A DNA stretch of 64,000 nucleotides from Eubacteriales bacterium (GTDB lineage Bacteria; Bacillota; Clostridia; Oscillospirales; CAG-272), in the NCBI GenBank assembly GCA_045588675.1, contig JAZNER010000046.1, positions 44,550 through 108,549 on the forward strand. The letters run 5' to 3'. Within the stretch, counting starts at the first letter, position 1. Every line of letters starts with the position of its first letter. The notes beneath the pieces were generated by a model. It ran no database searches. It was not told the DNA's origin and saw only the letters and a program-made list of their open reading frames with translations. Positions 9,861 through 19,601 of the stretch are shown in pieces. Both the position numbers and the translations under genes were made by a program.

Positions 9861-10772
9861 ATGTCTTTTTCAACACAAGTAAAGCAGGAATTAAATTCTA
9901 TACATAAAAAGGGCAACTGTTGTAAAAAAGCATATATTTTAGGCGCGATTATGTCTGCTAAGATTGATGAGGATAATAGCTTGATGCTAACATTAACGGA
10001 TCAATCAACTAAAGACGAGCTTTGCTTTATGTTAAAATTAATTTTCAAGATTGAGCCTATTGTGAAGGAAATAAAGAGAGGGTGCTTTTGCGCGACCGAG
10101 CTAACCTTTAAATCCTTGAAGCTTGTCGAATTTTTGCGTCTTGCCGATAGATCTGACGGGAATGATGAAATTTACAAGGATATATTGAATCAGCTGAAAT
10201 GCGAGGGCTGCAAAAGTGCATTTTTGCGCGCGATTTTTGCCTCTTGCGGAAGTGTCAGCGACCCGCACAAATCCTTTACGCTTGAAATCAGGCTTCCAAA
10301 TATTGAAAGGGCGTCGCTTGTAAAGCAAATTATTGAAAGCATAGGCATATCCACGCCAAATTTGACCGAGCGTAGAGGCAATATAGGCTTGTTTTACCGA
10401 AATGAAGCAGGGATTGAGGAGTTTTTGACCCTATGTGGTGCAAACCACGCGCTTTTTTCATTTTTTGACATTCACATTGAAAAGGACATCAGAAACGCGG
10501 AAAACCGTGCAACCAACTGTGTGACAAAGAATATTTTAAGGTCGGTTGAAGCAACAAGCTTGCAAATATCGGCAATTGAAGCTCTTATGGCAAACAGTAT
10601 GTTTGAGGAGCTCTCGCGCGAGCTTAAAGCGACCGCGCGGCTTAGGCTTGAAAATCAAGAGGCAACGCTATCTGAGCTTGCATTATTGCATCAGCCCGCA
10701 ATTTCAAAGTCGGGGCTAAATCACAGACTATCAAAAATTATCGAGGAAGCTAAAAAAAGAAGGCTAATTTAA
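9861..10772 (+). CDS. whiA: DNA-binding protein WhiA
   Basis: 303 aa. N-terminal MSFSTQVKQEL, degenerate LAGLIDADG-like modules, and a C-terminal HTH region (ATLSELA...SKSGLNHRLSKI). Confidence 0.9.
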   Translation: MSFSTQVKQELNSIHKKGNCCKKAYILGAIMSAKIDEDNSLMLTLTDQSTKDELCFMLKLIFKIEPIVKEIKRGCFCATELTFKSLKLVEFLRLADRSDGNDEIYKDILNQLKCEGCKSAFLRAIFASCGSVSDPHKSFTLEIRLPNIERASLVKQIIESIGISTPNLTERRGNIGLFYRNEAGIEEFLTLCGANHALFSFFDIHIEKDIRNAENRATNCVTKNILRSVEATSLQISAIEALMANSMFEELSRELKATARLRLENQEATLSELALLHQPAISKSGLNHRLSKIIEEAKKRRLI

Positions 10773-10791
10773 GGAAAGGGGAAGTGCCAAA

Positions 10792-13700
10792 ATGGGAGAA
10801 TTTGTACATCTTCATTTGCATAGTGAATACAGTCTGCTTGACGGCGCTTGCCGTATATCCGAAATACCCGAAAGAATTATTGAATGTGACCAGAATGCCG
10901 TTGCAATTACCGACCACGGAAATATGTACGGGGTAATTGAATTTTATAAGGCTTGCAGGGCGGCGGGTGTCAAGCCGATTATCGGATGCGAGGTCTATGT
11001 TGCAACCTCATCACGATTTGATAAAAGAGCAGGAGAGGACTCCTATTACCATCTTGTTTTGCTTTGCAAAAATGAAATTGGATATAAAAATTTGATTTAT
11101 CTTGTGTCAAAAGGCTTTACTGAGGGCTTCTATTCTAAACCGAGAATTGACGAGGAAATATTATTTTCACACACCGAAGGGTTGATTGCTCTCTCCGCCT
11201 GCCTGTCAGGTAAAATCCCAAGACTTTTGGCACAGGGTGATTTTGAAGCGGCGAGGAGGACGGCGCAAAAATATTCGACTGCTTTTGGCAAGGACAATTA
11301 TTATATTGAGCTTCAGGACCACGCGACAGAAGAAACAAGAGAGCTCTTGCCGCTGCTTGTAAGACTTGCTGAGGAGTGCGAGCTTCCCATGGTAGCAACT
11401 AACGACTGCCACTACTTGCGCAGACAGGATGCAGAGATACAAGAGGTTCTGATGTGCATTCAGACCAATACTACAATTGACGATAAGAATAAGACAGGAT
11501 TTGATACAAACGATTATTACATCAAGACAACAGATGAAATGAAGATGTTGTATTCAAATTACAAGGGTGCAATTGAAAATACCGTTAAAATTGCCGATAT
11601 GTGTAATTTGACACTTGATTTTGATGAAGTTTATTTGCCCAAATTCCCATGCCCGCACGGTAAAAATGCCGAAGAGTATTTGCGCGAGTTGACTTATTCA
11701 GGGCTTGAAAGCAGAATAAAAAAGGGGCATATTCAATTTGAAAATAATGGAAAATACTCCGAGGGCGCATATAGAGAACGAATTGAATATGAGCTTTCGG
11801 TTATCAACTCAATGGGATATGCTGACTATTTCCTTATCGTTCAGGACTATGTTGGTTTTGCAAAGGGTGCATCTATTCCCGTAGGTCCAGGACGTGGCTC
11901 GGGGGCGGGAAGCCTTGTTGCATTTTTGCTTGGAATCACAGATATTGATTCTATAAAATTTGACTTGCTGTTTGAGCGTTTTTTAAACCCTGAGCGAGTA
12001 AGCATGCCTGATATTGACATTGACTTTTGCTATAACAGGCGTGACGAGGTTATAGAATACGTTGCCGAAAAATACGGGCGAGAGCACGTGTCGCAGATTA
12101 TCACCTTTGGTACACTTGCAGCAAAGGCGGCAATCAGGGATTGCGGACGGGCTATGGGAATGTCATATTCTGATGTTGATGCAGTGTCAAAAGCAGTCCC
12201 TCGTGAGTTGGGAATAACCCTTAAAAATGCTATTAAATATCCCGAGCTTAAAGCACTCTATGAGGGCTCTGAACATGTCAAAAAGCTTGTAGATACTGCA
12301 ATTTCGCTTGAAGGTATGCCGAGAAATATATCTGTTCACGCCGCAGGAGTTGTTATAACGGACAAGCCCGTGCATGAATATGTTCCGCTATCAGTCAGCA
12401 ACGGAACCTTGGTTACACAATTTGATATGGATACAATAGCGGGACTCGGACTTTTGAAGTTTGACTTTTTGGCGTTGCGTTATCTAACTATAATCAATGA
12501 CGCGCAGATTCAGATAAAGGAAAACAATCCCGATTTTGATATCGAAAAAATACCTCTCGATGACAAGTTGACCTATGACCTGATTTCAAGCGGCGACACC
12601 GCAGGAGTTTTTCAACTTGAAAGCGACGGCATGAGGCAAATGCTTCAAAATTTGCGTCCTGAAAACATTGACGATATTCTGTCGGCAATCGCACTTTATC
12701 GACCGGGACCTATGGATTCAATTCCGCGCTTTATTGAGTGCAGACACGACAAGACGAAGGTTGTTTATGACTTGCCCCAGCTTGAGCCGATTTTGAAATC
12801 AACCTACGGTTGTACAGTTTATCAAGAGCAGGTTATGAGTATTTTCAGAACGATTGCAGGCTACACCTACGGACACGCCGATATAGTAAGGCGCGCTATG
12901 TCAAAGAAAAAAGCCTCAGTTCTTGAAGCAGAGAGAGAGGCATTTATAGGCGGCGCTATTTCAAACGGAATTGACAAAGGGAAAGCCGAAAAGCTCTTTG
13001 ACGATATGGCGAGCTTTGCAAATTATGCTTTCAATAAGGCTCACGCGGCGGCGTATGCGGTCATATCATATCGCACGGCATACCTGAAGGCTCACTATAC
13101 GGGCGAATATATGTCTGCACTTTTGACGAGCGTGCTTGGAAATCAAGTTAAGGCAGCTCAATATATTGCCGAGTGTTCAAAATTCGGCATAGCAGTCCTG
13201 CCGCCCGACATAAACGGAAGCCGCGTCCATTTTGGTACTGATAGCGAAAGCAAAAATATCCGTTATGGTCTGTTAGCGCTTAAAAACGTTGGCAAACAAT
13301 TTATTGAGGCAATAATTAAAGAGAGAACGGTCGCAGGCAGGTTTACCTCGTTTGATAGCTTTGTCGAGCGTATGAGCGCGGTTACCGAGCTAAATAAGCG
13401 ACAGGTCGAGGCTTTGATTAAAAGCGGTGCTTTTGACGGCTTAGGCGTTTATCGCTCGCAGCTGTTGGCGTCTTATGAAAGTATTATTGACAATATACAG
13501 GATAAAAACCGAAATAACCCAGCAGGGCAGATAGATATGTTCTCGCTTGGCGGTATTGAGTCACCAAAATTTACCTATCCGGATATACCCGATTTTACTA
13601 TAAGGGAAAAGCTTTTGCTTGAAAAAGAGGCGTCGGGTATGTATTTCTCAGGACATTTGCTTGATAGCTATGATAAGCATATTGAGGAGCTTGTTGTAGT

Positions 13701-14409
13701 GTCAATTCCCGAGTTGTTTGAAAAAAATGAGTCGGGAGAGATGATATATTCCGACAAGGATAAGGTTAATTTGGTCGGTATTGTGAGCTCGGTGACAGTT
13801 AAAACTACAAAGAATGACGACAGAATGGCGTTCTTTAAGCTTGAAGACAAATTCGGTGATATCGAATGTATTGTTTTCCCCAAAAAGTACAATGAGCTTT
13901 ATCACGAGATTTTCATTGATGCGGCCTTGTGTGTTGAGGGAGCTGTGTCCTTCAAGGATGAGGACAGTGTGAAAATTTTAGTCAATAACATTTCACCACT
14001 TGTTGAAAATACAAAATTCACGGGGCTCAAGAAAACAAAAGCAGTTACAGAAAATCATGCTGCTATAAACCAATCTGCAAATACAAATGCGCCTTCAATG
14101 GTGTCAATGTATTTGTCTATGTATTCTGTGTCCTCTGAAAATAAAACACCAAAGGTTGAAAGTAAGCCAGCACAGCAAAATAGATCAACACCCCAAAAGC
14201 TTTATTTAAGAGTTCCCGATATGTCGGGAGAATTGTTCAGCAAGGCCAAAAATATGGTTGATATTTTCAATGAGGGAACGGTTAAGGTTATTTTTTACGA
14301 CAACAGTATGGGCAAATATTCTGAATACAGCGAAAGGCTTAACTATTCGGAATATACTATATCCGAGTTCAAAAAACTGCTTGGCGAAGACAATGTCGTT
14401 TTAAAGTAA
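10792..14409 (+). CDS. dnaE: DNA polymerase III alpha subunit, DnaE type
   Basis: 1205 aa. PHP domain FVHLHLHSEYSLLDGA...AITDHGNMYG. Polymerase core motifs GPGRGSGAGSLVAFLLGIT and MPDIDIDF. Confidence 0.95.
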   Translation: MGEFVHLHLHSEYSLLDGACRISEIPERIIECDQNAVAITDHGNMYGVIEFYKACRAAGVKPIIGCEVYVATSSRFDKRAGEDSYYHLVLLCKNEIGYKNLIYLVSKGFTEGFYSKPRIDEEILFSHTEGLIALSACLSGKIPRLLAQGDFEAARRTAQKYSTAFGKDNYYIELQDHATEETRELLPLLVRLAEECELPMVATNDCHYLRRQDAEIQEVLMCIQTNTTIDDKNKTGFDTNDYYIKTTDEMKMLYSNYKGAIENTVKIADMCNLTLDFDEVYLPKFPCPHGKNAEEYLRELTYSGLESRIKKGHIQFENNGKYSEGAYRERIEYELSVINSMGYADYFLIVQDYVGFAKGASIPVGPGRGSGAGSLVAFLLGITDIDSIKFDLLFERFLNPERVSMPDIDIDFCYNRRDEVIEYVAEKYGREHVSQIITFGTLAAKAAIRDCGRAMGMSYSDVDAVSKAVPRELGITLKNAIKYPELKALYEGSEHVKKLVDTAISLEGMPRNISVHAAGVVITDKPVHEYVPLSVSNGTLVTQFDMDTIAGLGLLKFDFLALRYLTIINDAQIQIKENNPDFDIEKIPLDDKLTYDLISSGDTAGVFQLESDGMRQMLQNLRPENIDDILSAIALYRPGPMDSIPRFIECRHDKTKVVYDLPQLEPILKSTYGCTVYQEQVMSIFRTIAGYTYGHADIVRRAMSKKKASVLEAEREAFIGGAISNGIDKGKAEKLFDDMASFANYAFNKAHAAAYAVISYRTAYLKAHYTGEYMSALLTSVLGNQVKAAQYIAECSKFGIAVLPPDINGSRVHFGTDSESKNIRYGLLALKNVGKQFIEAIIKERTVAGRFTSFDSFVERMSAVTELNKRQVEALIKSGAFDGLGVYRSQLLASYESIIDNIQDKNRNNPAGQIDMFSLGGIESPKFTYPDIPDFTIREKLLLEKEASGMYFSGHLLDSYDKHIEELVVVSIPELFEKNESGEMIYSDKDKVNLVGIVSSVTVKTTKNDDRMAFFKLEDKFGDIECIVFPKKYNELYHEIFIDAALCVEGAVSFKDEDSVKILVNNISPLVENTKFTGLKKTKAVTENHAAINQSANTNAPSMVSMYLSMYSVSSENKTPKVESKPAQQNRSTPQKLYLRVPDMSGELFSKAKNMVDIFNEGTVKVIFYDNSMGKYSEYSERLNYSEYTISEFKKLLGEDNVVLK

Positions 14410-14431
14410 TATATTGTAGAGCTAATAATTC

Positions 14432-14469
14432 AAAAAGACCGCCGAATTTTTTCGGCGGTCTTGATTTTA
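14432..14469. terminator. bidirectional rho-independent terminator between dnaE and the phosphohexomutase gene
   Basis: AGACCGCCGAA-TTTT-TTCGGCGGTCT hairpin (14436-14461), with an A-run upstream and a T-run downstream. Confidence 0.8.
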
Positions 14470-14471
14470 TT

Positions 14472-16187
14472 TTAAATTCCAAGTGAACGCTTATATTCTG
14501 TTACCTTGTTCATCGCATTATCATAATTATCTGCAATCATCAAGAAGTAGAATTTGACCTTCGGCTCGGTGCCTGACGGACGGACAACGATTACATCTCC
14601 GTTTTCAAGGGTAAAGGTGAGCATATTTGAGGAGGGAAGTCCCGTGTCGGTTTTCTTTCCGCTTGCAAGATTTGTAAACTGTTTAGCCGAGTAATCGCCA
14701 AAGGTTACAACCTTTTCCTGCCCAAGAGCTGTGGGAATATTTTTTCTGAATCCGTCAAGCAAATCAGCCATTCTTTGAGAGCCGTCAATGCCTTCCATGT
14801 ATATTTCCTCGTTGTGCTCACAGCAGTATCCGTATTTGTCATAAAGCCTTTCAAGAGCATCATATAAGGTCATATTCTTGCCGTGATAATAAGCGGTCAT
14901 TTCACAAATAAGCATTGTTGCAACAACGGCATCCTTATCGCGAGCATAAGTGCCTTTGAGATAGCCGTAGCTTTCCTCAAACCCGAAAATGTAAGAGCCC
15001 TCTCCTGTTTTTTCGTGGTTCTTAATAACCTCTCCAATAAACTTAAAGCCTGTCAAGACATTGAACATTTCAACTCCGTGAGCGCGGCAAATTTTAGTTG
15101 CAAGCTCCGAGGAAACAATAGATTTTACAACATAAGGCTGGGGGGGCATAGTGTTAGTTTCCTCATAAGCGGTAATTATATAATCAATCAGCAAGGCTCC
15201 CATTTGGTTGCCTGTGATAGTGCGGAAGTCGCCGTTCTTTGTTCTTGCTACAACACCTACGCGGTCTGCGTCGGGGTCGGTGGCTATTACCAGATTGCTT
15301 CCGACCTTGTTTGCAATATCAATACCAAGCTTAAATACCTCGGCATATTCAGGATTAGGCTTTTCAACGGTTGGGAAATTTCCGTCAATGACAAACTGTT
15401 CCTCAACCCGGTAGAGATGCTTGAGCCCCATTCTTTCAAGTAAATCGGGAATTAGCTTATGGCCGGTTCCGTGCAACGGAGTGTAAACGATTTTCAGCTC
15501 GTCTGCAACTTCTTTAATAGCATTTGGATTTACCGCTTGCTTTGCAACCTGAGATAGATAAATCTCGTCAATTTCTTTGCCGATTATCTTTATTTTGCCT
15601 TCTTCCACCGCTTTGTCAAAGTCAATTCTTTTCACATCATTGAATATATCGGTTTTGCAAATTTCGGAATAGACGGTGCTTGCATGCTCGGGAGGGAGCT
15701 GTGCTCCGTCGTCCCAATAAGCCTTATATCCGTTATACTGCTTGGGATTGTGCGAGGCGGTGATGTTAATGCCTGCAACACAGCCAAGATGGCGAAGAGC
15801 AAAGGAAAGCTCAGGTGTAGGGCGTAATTCGTCAAAGATATATGCAGGGATATTTGCGGCGGCTAAAACCTCGGCTGAAATTTTGGCAAACAATTGAGAG
15901 TTGTTTCGGGAATCGCAAGCAATTACAACACCCTCGTCCGCTCTGCCTTCCTTGTGGATTAAGTTAGCAAGACCTTGTGTAGCCTGAGCTACAGTATAGG
16001 TATTCATAGCGTTCATACCCAGCTTCATTACACCGCGTAAGCCTGCAGTTCCAAAGGTAAGTCCCGATGAGAAACGAAGCTTGATTTCATCAATATTTTC
16101 AGATATTGATAGGAGCTCTCGTTTTTCATTGTCTGTCAAAACATCAGAATTAAGCCAACGATGGTAATTATCCATCCAATTATTCAT
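14472..16187 (-). CDS. phosphoglucomutase/phosphomannomutase family protein (alpha-D-phosphohexomutase)
   Basis: Active-site motif ITASHNPKQYNGYK and metal loop TDPDADRVG. ATG at 16187 (MNNWMDNYHRW) follows GGAAGGA. The track start is 16202. Confidence 0.85.
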   Translation of the reverse strand: MNNWMDNYHRWLNSDVLTDNEKRELLSISENIDEIKLRFSSGLTFGTAGLRGVMKLGMNAMNTYTVAQATQGLANLIHKEGRADEGVVIACDSRNNSQLFAKISAEVLAAANIPAYIFDELRPTPELSFALRHLGCVAGINITASHNPKQYNGYKAYWDDGAQLPPEHASTVYSEICKTDIFNDVKRIDFDKAVEEGKIKIIGKEIDEIYLSQVAKQAVNPNAIKEVADELKIVYTPLHGTGHKLIPDLLERMGLKHLYRVEEQFVIDGNFPTVEKPNPEYAEVFKLGIDIANKVGSNLVIATDPDADRVGVVARTKNGDFRTITGNQMGALLIDYIITAYEETNTMPPQPYVVKSIVSSELATKICRAHGVEMFNVLTGFKFIGEVIKNHEKTGEGSYIFGFEESYGYLKGTYARDKDAVVATMLICEMTAYYHGKNMTLYDALERLYDKYGYCCEHNEEIYMEGIDGSQRMADLLDGFRKNIPTALGQEKVVTFGDYSAKQFTNLASGKKTDTGLPSSNMLTFTLENGDVIVVRPSGTEPKVKFYFLMIADNYDNAMNKVTEYKRSLGI

Positions 16188-16286
16188 ATTAATCCTTCCC
16201 ATACCGTTCCGAATACGATTTTCAGCGTGCTCGGAAAAGCATTAATGCCTTTTATTATTTTTTAATTAAGTCAGGGCTTGTATAGC

Positions 16287-16538
16287 TTAAGATGCAAGGT
16301 GCTGCTCAAGAGCAATTGCAAGCTGGTCGGGGCAGGATGTAGGTCTGGGTCCGCAATGAATGCCGCGAAGTCTTTTAATTGCTTCCTCAACGCTCATACC
16401 CGTCACAAGAGCGCAAACTCCCTGTGTATTTCCCGAGCAACCGCCAGTAAACGCGGCCTTTACTATAATGCCGTTTTCAATGTCAATATCAATTTGTCTT
16501 GAGCAAACGCCCTGTGTTTTGTAAGTAACATGTTCCAT
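16287..16538 (-). CDS. TSCPD domain protein (TIGR03905-type small 4-Cys protein)
   Basis: 83 aa. GVCSRQIDIDIENGIIVKAAFTGGCSGN...GIHCG..PTSCPDQLA matches my recollection of the TIGR03905/TSCPD family. Confidence 0.65.
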   Translation of the reverse strand: MEHVTYKTQGVCSRQIDIDIENGIIVKAAFTGGCSGNTQGVCALVTGMSVEEAIKRLRGIHCGPRPTSCPDQLAIALEQHLAS

Positions 16539-16580
16539 AGTTTTTGTCCTTCTTTTAAATATATTTTTTAATTTTCGATA

Positions 16581-17537
16581 TTATACCTGTGTATATAATC
16601 CGACAGGGATAAAATCGGAGCAATCAATTTTCAAAAACGCTAAAAAGGTTTGCAGATCCAAGCCGTCTGTCTTGAATACCGGGCAAATCAGCTTTGAAGT
16701 GTTTTGAGTTAATGTGTCGATGCGCTGAAGCTTACACGAAAAGAATTTTGCCGCCGTAAGTAAATCATCAATCGGTAAATTTTCGGTGTCAGAAAAAACA
16801 AATTCAAAAAATCTGGTTTTACTTTTCAGCTTTAACATTTTTCTGAAATTAAGCCTTTTGCTGAGCAGGGCATACCTTGTATATTCGTTCTTGTCATTTG
16901 AATGCAAATCATAGACCGCATTAATTTTAAAACTATATTTCAAGATCATCTCATAGAAAGAGAATAATTTTCCGTCATTAGAGGTTTCAATCGGTAAAAT
17001 ACAATATTCACAACCGTCATTGAAAACACTCTCGCAAACATCTGTTATGCTTTCAAAATAAGCAGCCCTTGGATAAGAAAGCAAGGAAGAGAACTGCATA
17101 AAAGCAGAATCGGTATAAGAATTTTGAAGATATGCAATTCTGTCTGATGCTTCCTCGGTTGATTTGAAGTCAGTATCAAAATCAAACCACTTATTAAGGC
17201 TTCGCTTGTCAATAGCGATACTGGAAAAAATCTCTTTAAAAACAATTAATCTCTCAACTTGCGAAAGCTTTGAAAAAATAAAATTAGCTTCGTCGTGATT
17301 TGCATTAATTATATTGCCCGAATCGACATTGCCGTCGGATTTGATAGACAGGATAATGCTTTTGACAATGTCAGGCTCCCCTCCGTCCTCGATAATGGCT
17401 GAGGCTAACTCGGAAATGTGAGCAATCCTTTTTTCCAAAAGAACTTCTACATTTTCTTCAAGCTCCGAAAGATTAGATAATGCCACCTCTGTATTGCTTC
17501 CCTCAAGCTCGGGAATGTTAGAATATATAAGTCCCAT
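16581..17537 (-). CDS. uncharacterised protein with a degenerate prephenate dehydratase (PDT) plus ACT-like C-terminal region
   Basis: RIAYLQNSYTDSAFMQF...AAYFESITDVCESVFNDGCEYCILPIETSNDGKL...NEYTRYALLSKRL resembles the PDT pattern (kiaylGp.Gtfs..A...f.s..evf.av..g.adygvvPiENs..G.v...N.TRF.vl). The tail KTRFFEFVF...GLYTQV resembles the ACT domain. ATG at 17537 lies 2 nt after the htpG stop. Confidence 0.5.
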   Translation of the reverse strand: MGLIYSNIPELEGSNTEVALSNLSELEENVEVLLEKRIAHISELASAIIEDGGEPDIVKSIILSIKSDGNVDSGNIINANHDEANFIFSKLSQVERLIVFKEIFSSIAIDKRSLNKWFDFDTDFKSTEEASDRIAYLQNSYTDSAFMQFSSLLSYPRAAYFESITDVCESVFNDGCEYCILPIETSNDGKLFSFYEMILKYSFKINAVYDLHSNDKNEYTRYALLSKRLNFRKMLKLKSKTRFFEFVFSDTENLPIDDLLTAAKFFSCKLQRIDTLTQNTSKLICPVFKTDGLDLQTFLAFLKIDCSDFIPVGLYTQV

Positions 17538-17539
17538 AA

Positions 17540-19402
17540 TCAAAGCATAGAGAGCAGCTTAAAGCTGTCAGATAAAAATGATTTTAATTCTTCAGAGTTC
17601 ATTTGTCTTTGAGATAGAAGAGCGAGCTTGTAAATCTCGCTTGCCATAAGTCTTGCCTTATCGCTATCTTGTGCTTTGATAACGGTAAGCTTTTCAAGCA
17701 ACGGTGAGCTTGAATTCAGAATAAGTGTATATTCGGAAGGAAGATTGCCGCCTATATTCATACCCATATTTGCGTACATCTTCATCATATCTTCCATACG
17801 CCTTGCTTCCTCAGACAGCGTGAGAAGTGCAGGAATATCACCGTTTTTAAGAACCTCAAATTTAACATCAAGGCTTTCGTTACCGGAAACATCTTTAAAT
17901 AGCGTTGCAAGCTCCTCGTTTTCAGTAGCAGAGCCTTCACCCTTAAGCATCTCTGCAATATCTGAGTCAATTCTCTTATATTTAACCTCGCCGTCGTTCA
18001 TTTCGCACAAGCCTATAAACTGTGTGTCAAGCTGATGTGTCAGCAAGGCAACCTTTGTTCCCTCTGATTCAAACATTGAAATATACTGTGCCTGAACAGT
18101 TTTGTCAGTTGAGTAATAGATGATATTTTTATGCTTGTCCTCGCAATCCTTCAAGTACTCCTCAACTGTCACATAAGTGCCGTCGGTAAGCTCAAGAAGG
18201 TAAGCGGATTTTACTCTGTCGTAGAACTTTTTGTCACGAAGGGCGGCAAATTCAAAGAAAATTTTAAGCTCATTCCAAATCTTCTCATACCTTGCGCGGT
18301 CATTGAGGCAAAGAGCGCAGATTTTGTCTGCAACCTTTTTTACAATATGAGCTGCAACCTTTTTAACATAAGCATTATCCTGCAAATAGCTTCTTGAAAC
18401 ATTGAGGGGAAGCTCAGGACAATCAAGAACACCCTTTAGCATCAGCAAAAAGTCGGGGATAATCTCTTTTATATCATCTGCCACAAAAACCTGATTGTAG
18501 AAAAGCTTAACCTGACCCTCATAGGATTCATAATCATTCATTCTTGTGGGGAAATATAAAATACCCTTAAAGTTAAGAGGATAGTCGGCGTTTATGTGGA
18601 TAGAAAACAAAGGCTCGCGGAAGTCGTGGAATACCTTTTGATAAAAGCTTGTATATTCCTCGTCCGTGCACTCGGAGGCGTTTTTGAGCCATAGGGGTGT
18701 GGTGTCGTTAATAGGCTTTGCCTCTTCATTATCTTCGCTGTTGTCTTTGCTTTCTTCTTCATCGTCATTAACATTCTCAAAGAAAATGTCAACCGACATA
18801 AATGAACAGTATTTTGTAAGAATTTCTCTGATTTTAGCTTCTTCAAGGTAAGCCGCTTCTTCATTTGAAATATGCATAATTACATCTGTTCCGTGTTCGT
18901 CGCGCTCACAGTCTGTAATTTCATACTCTCCCGCTCCGTTGCAGCTCCAATGAATTGCCTTGTCGGAGGTGTATGACTTGGTAATCAATTCAACATTATC
19001 TGACACCATAAAGGAAGAATAAAATCCAAGTCCAAAGTGACCTATTATTCCGTTGTTTTGATTATTTTCGTCATATTTTTGAATAAAGTCAAGCGCACCC
19101 GAAAGAGCAATAGAGCAGATATATTTTTCAAGCTCGTCAACTGTCATTCCAATACCGTTATCAGATACCGTAAGAGTTTTTGCATCCTTGTCAAGTTTGA
19201 CGGTAACGCGATACTCTTCGTCTTTAGAGTCATAATGACCGAGAGAGGACAAGCGGCGAAGCTTTGTAATTGCGTCTGTTGCATTTGAAACAATCTCTCT
19301 CAAAAAAATATCTTTTTCAGAATAAAGCCATTTTTTAATTATAGGGAATATATGCGCGGTTTCTACCGATATACCACCTTTTTTTGAAAAATTCTCGTCC
19401 AT
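17540..19402 (-). CDS. htpG: molecular chaperone HtpG (Hsp90 family)
   Basis: ATG at 19402 follows GGAGATAAAG. GHKL ATPase motifs FLREIVSNATDA, DNGIGMT and IGHFGLGFYS. 620 aa from the preferred start. Confidence 0.95.
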   Translation of the reverse strand: MDENFSKKGGISVETAHIFPIIKKWLYSEKDIFLREIVSNATDAITKLRRLSSLGHYDSKDEEYRVTVKLDKDAKTLTVSDNGIGMTVDELEKYICSIALSGALDFIQKYDENNQNNGIIGHFGLGFYSSFMVSDNVELITKSYTSDKAIHWSCNGAGEYEITDCERDEHGTDVIMHISNEEAAYLEEAKIREILTKYCSFMSVDIFFENVNDDEEESKDNSEDNEEAKPINDTTPLWLKNASECTDEEYTSFYQKVFHDFREPLFSIHINADYPLNFKGILYFPTRMNDYESYEGQVKLFYNQVFVADDIKEIIPDFLLMLKGVLDCPELPLNVSRSYLQDNAYVKKVAAHIVKKVADKICALCLNDRARYEKIWNELKIFFEFAALRDKKFYDRVKSAYLLELTDGTYVTVEEYLKDCEDKHKNIIYYSTDKTVQAQYISMFESEGTKVALLTHQLDTQFIGLCEMNDGEVKYKRIDSDIAEMLKGEGSATENEELATLFKDVSGNESLDVKFEVLKNGDIPALLTLSEEARRMEDMMKMYANMGMNIGGNLPSEYTLILNSSSPLLEKLTVIKAQDSDKARLMASEIYKLALLSQRQMNSEELKSFLSDSFKLLSML

Positions 19403-19441
19403 CTTTATCTCCTTAAAATAAACTAACACTATTATATATTA

Positions 19442-19470
19442 ATTATATACTTTTTTTCTATTTTCGTCAA
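19442..19470 (-). promoter_or_regulatory. sigma-A-type promoter for htpG
   Basis: On the minus strand: TTGACG (19470..19465), 17-nt spacer, TATAAT (19447..19442). Confidence 0.5.
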
Positions 19471-19601
19471 GAGCAATTGCCAAGATTATAATTGAAATAG
19501 TAAAAAAATATGAAAAGTTCATAAAATAATAACATATAAAAGGTATAATTGTATAGTAGTGCATTTTTTGTCGAAAAAAGACATATTGCGAAAGGGTTTT
19601 T

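Noticed and set aside
10792-14409. Inteins or introns in dnaE, and likewise in polC (49075-53484) and thrS
   Set aside because: The protein lengths are normal for the families and the conserved motifs are contiguous. I saw no Cys/Ser...His-Asn splice-junction blocks or homing-endonuclease motifs. The extra ~100 aa at the DnaE C-terminus is a low-complexity linker plus a small terminal domain, not an insertion.
16203-16286. A possible terminator between the TSCPD gene and the phosphohexomutase gene
   Set aside because: The only hairpin (AAAAGCA-ttaa-TGCCTTTT) is imperfect, and its T-run is on the + strand, where no gene ends. The two minus-strand genes are more likely co-transcribed.
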